Assembly (NCBI GenBank): GCA_963706595.1
Contig: OY970166.1
Span: forward strand, 2,048,001 to 2,112,000
From: an uncultured cyanobacterium
GTDB lineage: Bacteria > Cyanobacteriota > Cyanobacteriia > Cyanobacteriales > Nostocaceae
DNA length: 64,000 nt
Direction of reading: 5' to 3'
This document shows, in pieces, positions 37,962-48,646 of the stretch. The notes under the pieces were generated by a model. That model saw nothing but the letters and a program-made list of their open reading frames with translations, was not told where the DNA came from and made no database searches. The first letter of the stretch is position 1; each line of letters starts with the position of its first letter. The position numbers and the translations under genes were made by a program.

Positions 37962-38351
37962 CTAACCCTCTTTCATCTGTAATCCCACTGACACGGAATC
38001 AAAATTCTGGGGAAAATGCGTGCTGCGATCGCAATCGGCTTTTTCCAGTTTCGCTCCCTGAAGATTAGCTTGACGCAGATCAGCCGAAAACAACAAAGCT
38101 CCCCGAAGATCAGCATCTTGTAAATTAGCTTGACTGAGATTGGCAAAGCTGAGATCACAGCCTCTGAGATTAGCACCATTAAGATTAGCTTCACTCAAGT
38201 CAGAGTAGCTGAAGTCAGAACCTTTGAGATCCACACCTTGCAAGTCAGCATTACTCAAGTTAACTTCACTAAAATTGCGTTTCCCTTCTGCATAGCTTTC
38301 TAGGAGAGTCACAGCAGTATTAATGATCTGTTGAGAGTTTGTTTCAGACAT
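37962..38351 (-). CDS. Pentapeptide repeat protein
   Basis: A(D/N)Lxx repeats after the LLESYAEGKRNF cap. Confidence 0.93.
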   Translation of the reverse strand: MSETNSQQIINTAVTLLESYAEGKRNFSEVNLSNADLQGVDLKGSDFSYSDLSEANLNGANLRGCDLSFANLSQANLQDADLRGALLFSADLRQANLQGAKLEKADCDRSTHFPQNFDSVSVGLQMKEG

Positions 38352-38510
38352 ATAACCGCCTCACAGCTTGTCTCAGGATTACTGTACACCACACTCATTC
38401 ATCATAAGACTGCTGATGCCCAAATCGGCAGATCATCAAAAATTGGGCGATCGCCTCCTCTAGGTGCGCTCCGGGCGATCGCTTGTTTTTTTACAGTATT
38501 TTCCACAGAA

Positions 38511-39044
38511 TCAGTCATCAGCATCAGTATCATTTATGTCCTGTAACCGATGGTCAGCCTTAATCGCATTCGCACACATCCAATCACTGGGCGTAATTGC
38601 TGGCCATCCCCTTCGCACAGCTTCGGGACAAATAGTATAAATTGTTAGCTGACAGTCGATTAACTCTAACCCCGATTTATCCACCTGTTTCAATGCTTGC
38701 TTAAAGATAGAATTATTCTCAAATTCGATAGTCATATTGCATTGGGCGCAAACCATGTGATGATGATGATGAGGAGAAGCTGTATTTAGTTCATAGTGTT
38801 TATGTACTTCTGCCAACTCCAACTCCCGGAGAATACCCATGCGTGACATCAGTTTCAGCGTCCGGTAAATTGTCGATAGACTAATATTTTCTCCCCGCTT
38901 TCCCAGCAAATCGAAGACATCTTCAGCACTCAAATGTTTACCACGCGTCAGATTCTGAAACACTTGTAAAATTATTTCCCTTTGGGGAGTTAGCCTCCAA
39001 CCCTTGGCATTGAGTTCAGCTTTTAAAGAATTTGCAGTATACAT
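38511..39044 (-). CDS. Fur family regulator (FurA-like paralogue)
   Basis: LKAELNAKGWRLTPQR, HLSAED, STIYRTLKL, HHHHMVCAQC; start revised to MYTANS. Confidence 0.9.
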   Translation of the reverse strand: MYTANSLKAELNAKGWRLTPQREIILQVFQNLTRGKHLSAEDVFDLLGKRGENISLSTIYRTLKLMSRMGILRELELAEVHKHYELNTASPHHHHHMVCAQCNMTIEFENNSIFKQALKQVDKSGLELIDCQLTIYTICPEAVRRGWPAITPSDWMCANAIKADHRLQDINDTDADD

Positions 39045-39077
39045 AGCTACAGCCAGATTTTTTTGATCGGTGCTTTC

Positions 39078-39154
39078 GAGAATGATAATCTCTATTTTAG
39101 AGTCTCTTTTCTCAGAAAAGTAAATTATTGAGCAGAATTTATTGAGAATAATAT
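39078..39154. promoter_or_regulatory. Fur-box-like sites upstream of the Fur paralogue
   Basis: GAGAATGATAATCTCTATT (15/19 to GATAATGATAATCATTATC) at 39078; ATTTATTGAGAATAATAT at 39137. Confidence 0.55.
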
Positions 39155-39422
39155 CATATAACTTCACAATAGCAAGTTGTGATTTTTTGGTAATTTTTTC
39201 TGTCTAACTCTTCGCATTCAAAGCATTGAGCCATTAGCAATTAGCTATATTATAGAGAATTTTTATAAGTAATACTTTTCGGCTCTGGCGTTACTTTTAT
39301 GGTAATTGAGAATTTATCATCACAAAACCTTTACGTGGCAAGGTTTCTAAAGAATTATCCTCTTTTTTAAAATAAACAGCCCACAGAGTAAGGCTTTCAA
39401 TGATTTTGAGCCAGGTTTTTCA

Positions 39423-39534
39423 TACAGCAAGTTCCAGGTATATGAGGTACAAAAGCAATAGTGAAAATATTGTGGGGTGGGCATCCTGCATCCTGCCCGC
39501 CTTTGTGTACCTCACCAAAATGAAATGTGCTGTA
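39423..39534. mobile_element. MITE-like element
   Basis: TACAGCA..TGAGGTACA / TGTACCTCA..TGCTGTA inverted ends. Confidence 0.5.
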
Positions 39535-39697
39535 TATCAATTTCTGTATTTTTGCCTCCCAAAAAGAAAAAATTATTGGGACTGTTGATTAAACCAAAGC
39601 CGCAACATCATGTCAATCAGAGGATGTCAACCCAATTCGCAATTACTAATAGAGCCTCCGCCAAGCTACGCGAACTGCGAATTGTTTTAGTCAATCT

Positions 39698-41893
39698 TCA
39701 CACGGCTGAATCATAATAACTGTTTGAATTATGCTTATCACCATTAGCAACTACACCTAAAAGATTAATAGGAGCTATTTTCAAATCAGCTATTACCCTC
39801 TCCAACACAGAACGATCAGTTTTATCTATTCTTGCTACCACCAAAAGACCATCTGTTTGCGAACCTACCAAAGTAGTATCAGCTAGTCCCACTAAAGGAG
39901 GAACATCATAAATAACCAAGTCAAAGTTGTTTTGAAAATCTGCCATCAGTCGCTTCATTTTTTCCGACGAGAGCAACTTTGCACAATCAGGTGGGGTCGG
40001 ACCAGAAGTAATTATAGATAATTCGTTCATAGAAGGTAGTCGTTTTATTACCTGCTCAACTGGCAAATTTGAACTAATTAAATTACTCAATCCCCATAGG
40101 TTATTTAAACTTGCTAAGGTATGAATCTTGGGTCGGCGCATATCAGCATCTACAAGTAATACTCGCTGCCCCATCTCTGTCGCTATTTGAGCCAGATGAA
40201 AAGCAATTGTAGATTTGCCGTCACCTTGCATCGGTGAAGTAATAGTAATAGACCTGATTTGACTATCAGAATTTAACAATTGAATATTTGTATAAAGCAT
40301 CCGGACAGCTTCTACAAAGTTGCTGGAATAGTCGTTATAGCCTGCTAGATATTCTATATTACTTGCTTCAGTAATAGCTTCAGGAACTGAATCTGAGAAC
40401 TGAAGCACGGCATTTTGTGATTTAATTATTTTCGGTTGCTCGATTTCCAATTCGCAATTGAAGGGAATATTGCCTAATAAAGGAGTTTTTACCCTTTCTT
40501 TAATACTCCAGGCGTTGTGATAGGTATGATCAAGCTTTTCTATGAGTAACGCTGCACCAATACCCAAGAAGGTACTTGTGGCTAATCCTAGAATAATATC
40601 ACGGATAATACCTGAAGACACCACAGGATTTGTTGGCTGGCTGGGTGCTTGAATCAATTGCCAACCTATTTCTGTCTGAGAATTTTGAATTTGCAAATTT
40701 TCGCGGCTAGATAAAAACCGATTCAGACTTTCAGTGGCAATTGTTAATCTACCTTGTATTTCGGTATGTTGTCGGATTAATTCTGGTAATTGTGTGCTTT
40801 GTTGTAGCAATATTTGTTGGTTTCTTTCCAGTTCTTGCCTGTTAAGCTCTAAAGACTGAAGTGTAGAAGCTGCTTCTGCTCGCAGAGTTCGTATATATCG
40901 TTCCGATTCTTCCTCTATTAATGGGATGAGGTTATCCCGTTTCTCCTTTAATGTGATGATATTGGGATTTTCGTCTCGAAAAATAGTGGATGTAGTGGCA
41001 ATTTGAATAACTAATTGACGCAATTCAGTATTTAACTCCTGATACACAGGATACCTATCCAGCAGTGCTTTTTCGCCCTCTTCACTTTGTAAAAAAGCGA
41101 AATTAGCACGAGCTTTCGCTAGCTGTAGCTCAAGTTCTTGCTTTTGTTGAGTGAAGTTAACAGTTTGTGTAGCAATTTGACTGGCAACGGATTCTGGGCT
41201 AAGAAAATTATATCTTTGTTGAAAAATTTGCAATTCTCTCTGAACCTGATCTACTCGATTTTGTAGAGATGGTAGTTCTCTATTAATGTATTGCAATCCT
41301 TGACCTAGTGAAGCTTCCCGTTGCTCCTTACTGTATTCTAAATAGTCTTGAGCAATTTGCTCTAATACTTGCTTCGATTCTAATGGATCTTGACTCCGAT
41401 AGCGCACTTCTAAAATCTTGGTTTGACCTAAACGGGCAATATTTAAAGAAGTGATCAGATAGTTATAGTTAATGTATGGATAGGTAGCTTGTAACTGCTT
41501 AATGCTATTATTAATCAGATCAGGACTCTTGAGGACTAGAATTTGACTTTCATAATCTAAACTAGATTGATTAGATGACCTCAATGGGCTAATTTGACTG
41601 ACAATATCACTGACTTTATTATCGTATGATACAGGTTCAATAAGCATCTGAAACCTGCTTTCGTATTGTAGTGGTTTGGGATTTAATATCAAGTTGATAA
41701 CAACACCTGTCATCACAGTTGTTGTTACCCCTATAATGAGTACCATTCGACGCTTTAACACATCAATAAATTGTTTATGGTCCCATTCTTCACCTTGCTC
41801 TTCATTGCCCAAAATGTTTTGATTTTGAAAAAATGAAATTATGGATTTGCTATTATATGCGTGATTTGAAGGATTGTTTTCTTGGTTATTCAT
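39698..41893 (-). CDS. wzc: Polysaccharide co-polymerase / tyrosine autokinase (Wzc/GumC)
   Basis: Two TM segments around coiled coils; TSPMQGDGKST Walker A, LLVDADMRRP, YDVPP, Tyr-containing tail. Confidence 0.92.
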   Translation of the reverse strand: MNNQENNPSNHAYNSKSIISFFQNQNILGNEEQGEEWDHKQFIDVLKRRMVLIIGVTTTVMTGVVINLILNPKPLQYESRFQMLIEPVSYDNKVSDIVSQISPLRSSNQSSLDYESQILVLKSPDLINNSIKQLQATYPYINYNYLITSLNIARLGQTKILEVRYRSQDPLESKQVLEQIAQDYLEYSKEQREASLGQGLQYINRELPSLQNRVDQVQRELQIFQQRYNFLSPESVASQIATQTVNFTQQKQELELQLAKARANFAFLQSEEGEKALLDRYPVYQELNTELRQLVIQIATTSTIFRDENPNIITLKEKRDNLIPLIEEESERYIRTLRAEAASTLQSLELNRQELERNQQILLQQSTQLPELIRQHTEIQGRLTIATESLNRFLSSRENLQIQNSQTEIGWQLIQAPSQPTNPVVSSGIIRDIILGLATSTFLGIGAALLIEKLDHTYHNAWSIKERVKTPLLGNIPFNCELEIEQPKIIKSQNAVLQFSDSVPEAITEASNIEYLAGYNDYSSNFVEAVRMLYTNIQLLNSDSQIRSITITSPMQGDGKSTIAFHLAQIATEMGQRVLLVDADMRRPKIHTLASLNNLWGLSNLISSNLPVEQVIKRLPSMNELSIITSGPTPPDCAKLLSSEKMKRLMADFQNNFDLVIYDVPPLVGLADTTLVGSQTDGLLVVARIDKTDRSVLERVIADLKIAPINLLGVVANGDKHNSNSYYDSAV

Positions 41894-43389
41894 ATATTGA
41901 TGTAGTAGTGATGAATTTTGGTAGTAGTCTATCAGTATTAATTGCAGGTAAATCAATCAATATTCGCTTTTACTTAAGCATCAATTCTATATGTTTTTAG
42001 CCACTTATGTACAAACAAATTCTGTTATTTGAATAGCTAATTTTGTCTCTTGATATTTCTGAATATTTATGTGTAATTGCTACCTTAGCACTAGCCATTT
42101 GATTCATATTCTTTACTTAAACTCAGTTATTCATAATTTACTTATACATTTTGACCATGTCAACATATAAAGATCAAGAAAATCAAAAACTCAGGTTATT
42201 TTGGCTAGAAAATTGCAACATTTGACCGATCTTATCTTTACCGATATTGCATGGTAACTTTCAGCCAGAGATTCTAAATCTCGAAGTGTTAGCGTTAGCA
42301 ACTTGATTTAAGTATCCGCGATAAGTCTTAACTTGACTGGATGCTTAAGCCCTTAATTAGTCTACCCTGTGGAATGTGGCACGGAAATTCCCTGCTTGTT
42401 AACGCAGCTTCTCTGGTAAAGTTACCAGCAGCGCAATTGTGTTGCTGTTTTTCATGGGTTTTCGGCATTTTTTTATCCCCTGTTTCAGTAGAAAAAATAG
42501 CATTATTTGGTATTAAAAAGCAGATCATTATATGTTTAGCTTGGTCTGTGTATAAGTAGATAAGTGTCAGGCTTGCCGGCAAGATGTCTGCACTACATTT
42601 TATATTTAATTCAAACTACCTAAGAGATGGGCGCGAAAATTTATAACTATTGTAACTCCTGTATTTAATGGTATGGATAAAAAGCATACGCTATTTCATG
42701 CTCAAATTTAAATTAATTTATACAGAAAGTTAAAGTATACTATATTACAACCTTAGTATAGCACTCTATATCAGGTAGTTCTGTGTAAGTTAGACGCTTT
42801 GATGATTGCGTAAAAAATTATATCGCGAACATACGCTCAAAAAGTGACTGACAAATTAATTAAGTAAATCTTAAGAAATTGAACGATCAGTGTATGAATG
42901 TTAAAGTCATAGCGTAAGTCATAACTACCCTTGTATCTCAACAAAAACACGTAATGGTTTCCAAGCTGGGGATTACAGCCCAATATGTCAAACGTAGAAT
43001 TACTTAATTTTATATAAAGTAAAATTATGGCAGAGAAAATTAACTGTGGAATATACTGAATTAATTTTTTTTTGATTTAGATATATTTTGTTATGTAAAG
43101 TTTTCGACTAGCAATACGGTGAAAGATATAAAACATAGTATGGTTAGTACCCATGAATTTTGTCAAGCCAGATTACGTAGCTGAATCAGAAATTATTCAG
43201 TAGTGGGCATTATCAAAAATAACAGTTAACTTTAAGGGGGAATGAAATTTAGTACAACACTCTAGTCAACTTTATCAAGATATCAGGGAACAAGAATGGA
43301 ACCTCATTTACCCATGCGATGCACTAATTACTTAAGTTTTTAAGTTGTATTGCCAAGAAAATTTGTTAAATCTAGAAATATGATGATCA

Positions 43390-44716
43390 ATGAAACTCAA
43401 CAAATGGATTAATCAAAAGGTAATATCGCCATCCATTGCTATTGAATCAGCATCTGAATATGAACATACTCTCAAAGTGCAGCAATCAATTAAGTTATCT
43501 GTTGTCACACAGTATTTTCCTCCTGACTATGCTGCGACAGGACAATTGATAGAGGAACTGGTAAAGCAATTAGAACAGCAAGGGTTAAATATTGAAGTTT
43601 TTACCAGTCAGCCTGGATATGCCTTTAGCCTAAGTAAAGCACCATGTTTAGAAAAGGTTGATAAAATTAAGATCCAGCGATCGCGTAGCGCTCAACTTTT
43701 TCCTGGGAGAATTCGTGGTAAGCTCCTCAATGGTGTCTTATATACCTTTCGTGCTTTAATATATTTGCTGGCCGCTTGGCGGCGTAACGATGTATTATTA
43801 GTAACTACAGCCCCGCCATTTTTGCCAATTGTGGGTTATATAGCTAATGTCCTCTTCAAACTGCCCTATGTCTGCATAATATATGATCTCTACCCAGATA
43901 TTGTCATATCCTTGGGTGTAGTGTCTAAAAACCACTGGGTAGCAAAACTTTGGCTGGCGATTAATCAGCGAGTTTGGCTCAAGTCTAAAGCGATTGTAGT
44001 TCTGAGTCCGGAGATGAAACAACGCGTTTTAGAACATTGTCCGCAAGTGGCACATAAAGTTTCTGTCATTCATAGCTGGGCTAACCCGGAATTCATCGTA
44101 CCCATTGCCAAAAAAGAAAACTGGTTTGCTTGGAAGTACGACTTAGTGAATAAATTCACTGTGCTTTACTCTGGCAATATGGGTCGATGCCATGACATTG
44201 ACACCTTATTAAAGGCTGCTATAGAACTGCAAAATGAGCCAGTGCAGTTTGTGTGTATTGGTGGAGGAGTCAAACGTGAAGAATTAATTGCACAAGTCAA
44301 TAAATTAGGGCTAAATAATTTCACATTCTTACCTTATCAAGATAAAAAAGATTTGCCCTATTCTCTCACAGCTAGCGATTTGTCCTTGGTGAGTATTAAC
44401 CCCTCTAGCGAAAGTTTAGTTTTACCTAGCAAGCTGTACTCAGCATTAGCCACCGGGAGGCCGCTGGCAGTAGTTTGTTCGCCCTACTCAAGTTTAAGAA
44501 AACTAGTTGCTGAAGCCAACTGTGGTGAAGCATTTGATCATGGTGATGGTCATGGACTGGCTCAATTTATCCGCTTGCTTCAACGTAACCAACAAATGGG
44601 GAAGCAGATGGGTAAAGCAGACTCGTCAATATCTACAATCAAATTTTACGCCTAAAATAATTGCTCAACAATACCTTGATATTTTGCGTCAGGGGTTGAA
44701 AATTAAAAAGATTTAA
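43390..44716 (+). CDS. Glycosyltransferase family 4 (WcaI-like), one frameshift near 44620
   Basis: TQYFPPD..TG, DLYPD, YSGNMG, PSKLY; the natural C-terminus RQYLQSNFT...QY lies in a shifted frame. Confidence 0.85.
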
Positions 44717-45029
44717 GCTTCTCTCTCTTAGCATCGAATAGGAGTTGGGCAGAGTTGCTCAATACTTCAAATAAGTTGGTGTGTCGGATGCATCTATTTG
44801 TGCTATAAGTTGTTCAGGAAAAACAAAATCAAAAAATACAAACGTAGATTGGTGACTAATTTAGTCTCAAGAGATTAAAAATCACATTTTAGTTAAAAAG
44901 TATTGACAAACATTCAATACTTACTCTAAACATAGAGTGCTAGTTTTTAGGAGTTGGGCTTCGATGGTCTAATTGATCTCAGTCCCTCCCAACGTAACCT
45001 TCCTATCTTATATATATTAGGAGGTCGAA

Positions 45030-45455
45030 TTGCAGAGAAGGTGTGACCGAAATCGGAAACGTTCCAAACGGAGAGCTATCTATTGTCCTATTCATGGCTC
45101 CTATCTGGATAGTGTGAGTAAAAAATATCGACTTTTTGCTGACAAAGCAGGTCAGTTAGAGCAACGGGGTTTAAGCCGGCGGGCTGCATCGTTGTCAATA
45201 GCCAATCACACAGCCGTTCCTATACAAGGAGAGTGGTTAGAGGCTTTTTGGTGTGAACAGTGCCAGCAAAAAAAGTGGTATTATGTGCGTCAGTCTGACG
45301 ATGGCATATATAACATTTCCTTAGCACCGAGGGAATTATGGCAGCAGGTAACAGGGGTGATTGATCCTCATGGAAATCCTTCTGTGGGCGAGTTTACGCG
45401 GACGAATGCCAAACAGCTTAGTTGTCATACTGTAAATTCTTTTTATTGTCTATGA
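45030..45455 (+). CDS. Conserved hypothetical protein with CxxH/CxxC (possible Zn-binding)
   Basis: AGGAGG RBS before TTG; CPIH and CEQC; stop overlaps the wzm ATG. Confidence 0.7.
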   Translation: MQRRCDRNRKRSKRRAIYCPIHGSYLDSVSKKYRLFADKAGQLEQRGLSRRAASLSIANHTAVPIQGEWLEAFWCEQCQQKKWYYVRQSDDGIYNISLAPRELWQQVTGVIDPHGNPSVGEFTRTNAKQLSCHTVNSFYCL

Positions 45456-46294
45456 ATAGTCCAAAAAGTGTTCCGCAGCAAGAGTTAATAATTGAAGCTG
45501 GACGCACAGAGCAACAGTATTGGCAAGATTTATGGCGCTATAGAGAATTATTTTATTTTCTGGCTTGGCGTGACATTTTAGTGAGATATAAGCAGACAGC
45601 AATTGGTATTGTTTGGGCATTAATTCGACCATTTCTGACGATGGTAGTGTTTACAGTCATATTTGGTCGGATAGCAAATTTACCATCAGAGGGTGCGCCT
45701 TATCCTATTCTCGTATTTTCAGCGATGTTACCTTGGCAGTTTTTCGCTAATTCCCTGTCAGAGTGCAGCAATAGTCTAATCAGTAATGCTAATTTAATTT
45801 CTAAGGTATACTTTCCTCGCTTGATAGTGCCGACAAGTGCTGTGGTAGTCAGCTTTGTAGACTTTATGATTTCTGGCATAATTTTATTAGCTTTAATGGC
45901 ATGGTATAACTTTGTTCCTAGTTGGCGAATCTTGACTTTACCCTTATTCATTGCGATCGCCTTTGCTGCTTCAATAGGGGCAGGATTATGGTTAGCTTCT
46001 TTGAATGTCCAATACCGGGATTTTCGGTTTATTGTCCCGTTTATTGTGCAGTTTGGTTTGTATATCTCTCCTGTGGGGTTTAGTAGTAGTGTGGTTCCCC
46101 AAGAATGGAGATTTATTTATTCACTAAATCCAATTGTCGGGGTAATTGATGGTTTCCGTTGGGCAATATTGGGCGGTGAGTCCCATTTATATTTACCAGG
46201 GTTTTTGCTATCTTTGGGATTTGTAGCTTTACTCTTAATTAGTGGTATTTGGTATTTCCGCAAAATGGAAAGAAAGTTTGCAGATGTGATTTAG
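45452..46294 (+). CDS. wzm: Polysaccharide ABC transporter permease (Wzm)
   Basis: RDILVRYKQTAIG, LISKVYFPR, YRDF, ERKFADVI. Confidence 0.93.
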   Translation: MNSPKSVPQQELIIEAGRTEQQYWQDLWRYRELFYFLAWRDILVRYKQTAIGIVWALIRPFLTMVVFTVIFGRIANLPSEGAPYPILVFSAMLPWQFFANSLSECSNSLISNANLISKVYFPRLIVPTSAVVVSFVDFMISGIILLALMAWYNFVPSWRILTLPLFIAIAFAASIGAGLWLASLNVQYRDFRFIVPFIVQFGLYISPVGFSSSVVPQEWRFIYSLNPIVGVIDGFRWAILGGESHLYLPGFLLSLGFVALLLISGIWYFRKMERKFADVI

Positions 46295-46582
46295 GAGGTT
46301 TAAATATAATCTAGTGTAATTAAAAGGATTGCGAAAATTTATCTCTGAGTCATCTCTTTACAAAACATACTTCGTAGGTTAGATAAATCAGCAGTAGTTA
46401 GCATTAGACAGTCTAGATTTAACAGTATTAAACTTAAAAATCTGGCTGAAGAATTAGATTCTACGGGAATTATAAAAAAAATTGAGTTAAAAAACCGCTT
46501 AGTAGCTTTTTGCTAGCTTTACTAGCTAATTTACTCAAGTGGTAACATCAGCCTCGAAACCGTTCTATGAAAGAATTGAAAA

Positions 46583-47137
46583 ATGACAGATATTGGAGCA
46601 ACAATTTGGTTTACAGGATTAAGTGGTGCTGGCAAAACTACTATCAGTACTGAAGTCGCGAAAATATTACGTAAGCGTGGACTCAAAGTAGAGGTTTTAG
46701 ATGGAGATATTGTGCGCCAAAATCTCACCAAAGATTTGGGGTTTAGTAGAGCAGATAGAGACGAAAATATTCGCCGAATTGGTTTTGTCGCCCAGTTATT
46801 AACACGTAATGGTGTGGTGGTATTAGTTTCTGCTATTTCCCCATACGGGGATGTGCGGCAAGAGGTACGCCAAAAAATTGGTACGAATTTTATTGAAGTT
46901 TATGTCAATGCGCCCTTAGCTACTTGTGAAGAGCGTGATGTTAAAGGCTTGTATAAACGAGCGCGTCAAGGGGAAATTAAGTTTTTCACAGGAATTGATG
47001 ACCCTTATGAACCTCCTTTAAAAGCAGAAGTTGAATGTTTAACTAGTCAAGAAGAGCTTGAAGAAAGTGTAGCAAAAGTTATAGAACAGTTCGATGTTTT
47101 ATTTAGCAATTTAGCTGTATCTTCTGCTTGTTTGTAA
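46583..47137 (+). CDS. cysC: Adenylyl-sulfate kinase
   Basis: WFTGLSGAGKTT, LDGD, RDENIRRIG, FTGIDDPYEPP. Confidence 0.96.
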   Translation: MTDIGATIWFTGLSGAGKTTISTEVAKILRKRGLKVEVLDGDIVRQNLTKDLGFSRADRDENIRRIGFVAQLLTRNGVVVLVSAISPYGDVRQEVRQKIGTNFIEVYVNAPLATCEERDVKGLYKRARQGEIKFFTGIDDPYEPPLKAEVECLTSQEELEESVAKVIEQFDVLFSNLAVSSACL

Positions 47138-47221
47138 TTCGCTCATTTAGATCATTAATAATTATGAGAGGAGCATTAATTCTGAGTATGGTTAATGTCT
47201 CTTCCCACCAAATTTGTACCT

Positions 47222-48488
47222 ATGTCAGACACAGTTATTCGCGTTGAAAATTTGAGTAAAAAATATATTATTGGACACCAAAAGGAGGAAAATTATTCTA
47301 CTCTTCGGGATGTGATAAGTAATAAAGTTAAGTCTCTTGGTAGTCTCATTAATTCTAAAGTCAAAGTTGAAAATCCTGCTTTTGAAGAATTTTGGGCTTT
47401 AAAGGATGTATCTTTTGAAATTAAGCAAGGCGATAGGGTTGGGATTATTGGTCGTAATGGTGCAGGTAAGTCAACTTTATTAAAGATTTTAAGTAGAATT
47501 ACAGAACCAACTACAGGAAGCATCAAAATCAAGGGGAGAGTAGCGAGTTTATTGGAAGTTGGTACAGGGTTTCATCCAGAGTTGACAGGAAGAGAGAATA
47601 TATTTCTCAATGGGGCAATTCTGGGGATGGGTAAGGAGGAGATTAAGCGGAAGTTTGATGAAATTGTGGCTTTTGCAGAGGTTGAGAAGTTTTTAGATAC
47701 ACCAGTGAAGCGGTATTCTTCAGGGATGTATGTGCGGTTGGCGTTTGCTGTGGCGGCGCATTTGGAACCGGAGATTTTGATTGTGGATGAAGTGTTAGCA
47801 GTGGGGGATGCACAATTTCAAAAGAAGTGTTTAGGGAAGATGGAAGATGTAGGCAAGGAAGGAAGAACAGTTTTGTTTGTTAGTCATAATATGGCTACTG
47901 TGACAACTCTATGCGAAAGAGCTATTTGGTTGGTTAATGGTCAAGTTAATTTGGCGGGGGATGCCGAGCAAATAACCAGTAAGTATTTAACTTACGGTGC
48001 CGAGCATTCTGGGGAGATAATTCTTAGCAAGCAATCTCAAGAATCAGCGATTTTGGTTTAATAAAGTTTCTTTAGTAGATGCAAAAGCAAATGTTAGCTC
48101 TGTTTTTGATGTACGAGAGCCAATTAAAATTCACATAGAGTATGAAGCTGCACAAACTATTAATGGATTAGAAATTGGTTTTAAGGTGATTAACTCTTCT
48201 GGAATTCCAATTTTTGTTGTGAATAGGTCATTTCATTTGTATTCTGAACTTTCAAGAGGAACTTACTTGGCTCAAATTGAGATTCCTGCTCAATTTCTAT
48301 CTCCTGGTTGTTATAGTATTGATGTAGCATCTCATATTCCTAACGTTGAAATACTGTCTCTTCATCAGTCACTGCTCAGTTTTGAAATTGAAGAAACTGG
48401 TAGCCGTATGGCTTTGTATAAAGGTCGTCCCTTTGGAGTAGTGCTTGTAGATTTTCCTTGGAAAGAATTATCTATAGATAGATCATAA
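47222..48488 (+). CDS. wzt: Polysaccharide ABC transporter ATPase (Wzt) with C-terminal domain, one frameshift near 48053
   Basis: GRNGAGKST, YSSGMYVRL, DEVLAVGD; removing one T in ATTTTGG joins it to the Wzt_C-like frame ending at 48488. Confidence 0.9.
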
Positions 48489-48646
48489 TTATAAATATAT
48501 ATATTGACTTATAGGACTATATTCAGTGAGTTAGAAGTTTTAATGAAATTAACAAAAATCTTTTTCAATTTCATCTGCCAAAAATATAATTAAAAACATT
48601 AAAAACCTTCATTCATTTTCAAATCTTACTTTTGAGGAATTAAAAC

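Noticed and set aside
39045..39167. 41-aa N-terminal extension of the Fur protein
   Set aside because: AT-rich promoter DNA containing Fur-box-like sites; Fur similarity starts at MYTANS
39400..39716. Two short plus-strand ORFs
   Set aside because: Overlap a MITE-like repeat and have no protein-like features
42328..42582. Overlapping opposite-strand ORFs in the long intergenic region
   Set aside because: No RBS or recognisable motif; probably chance ORFs
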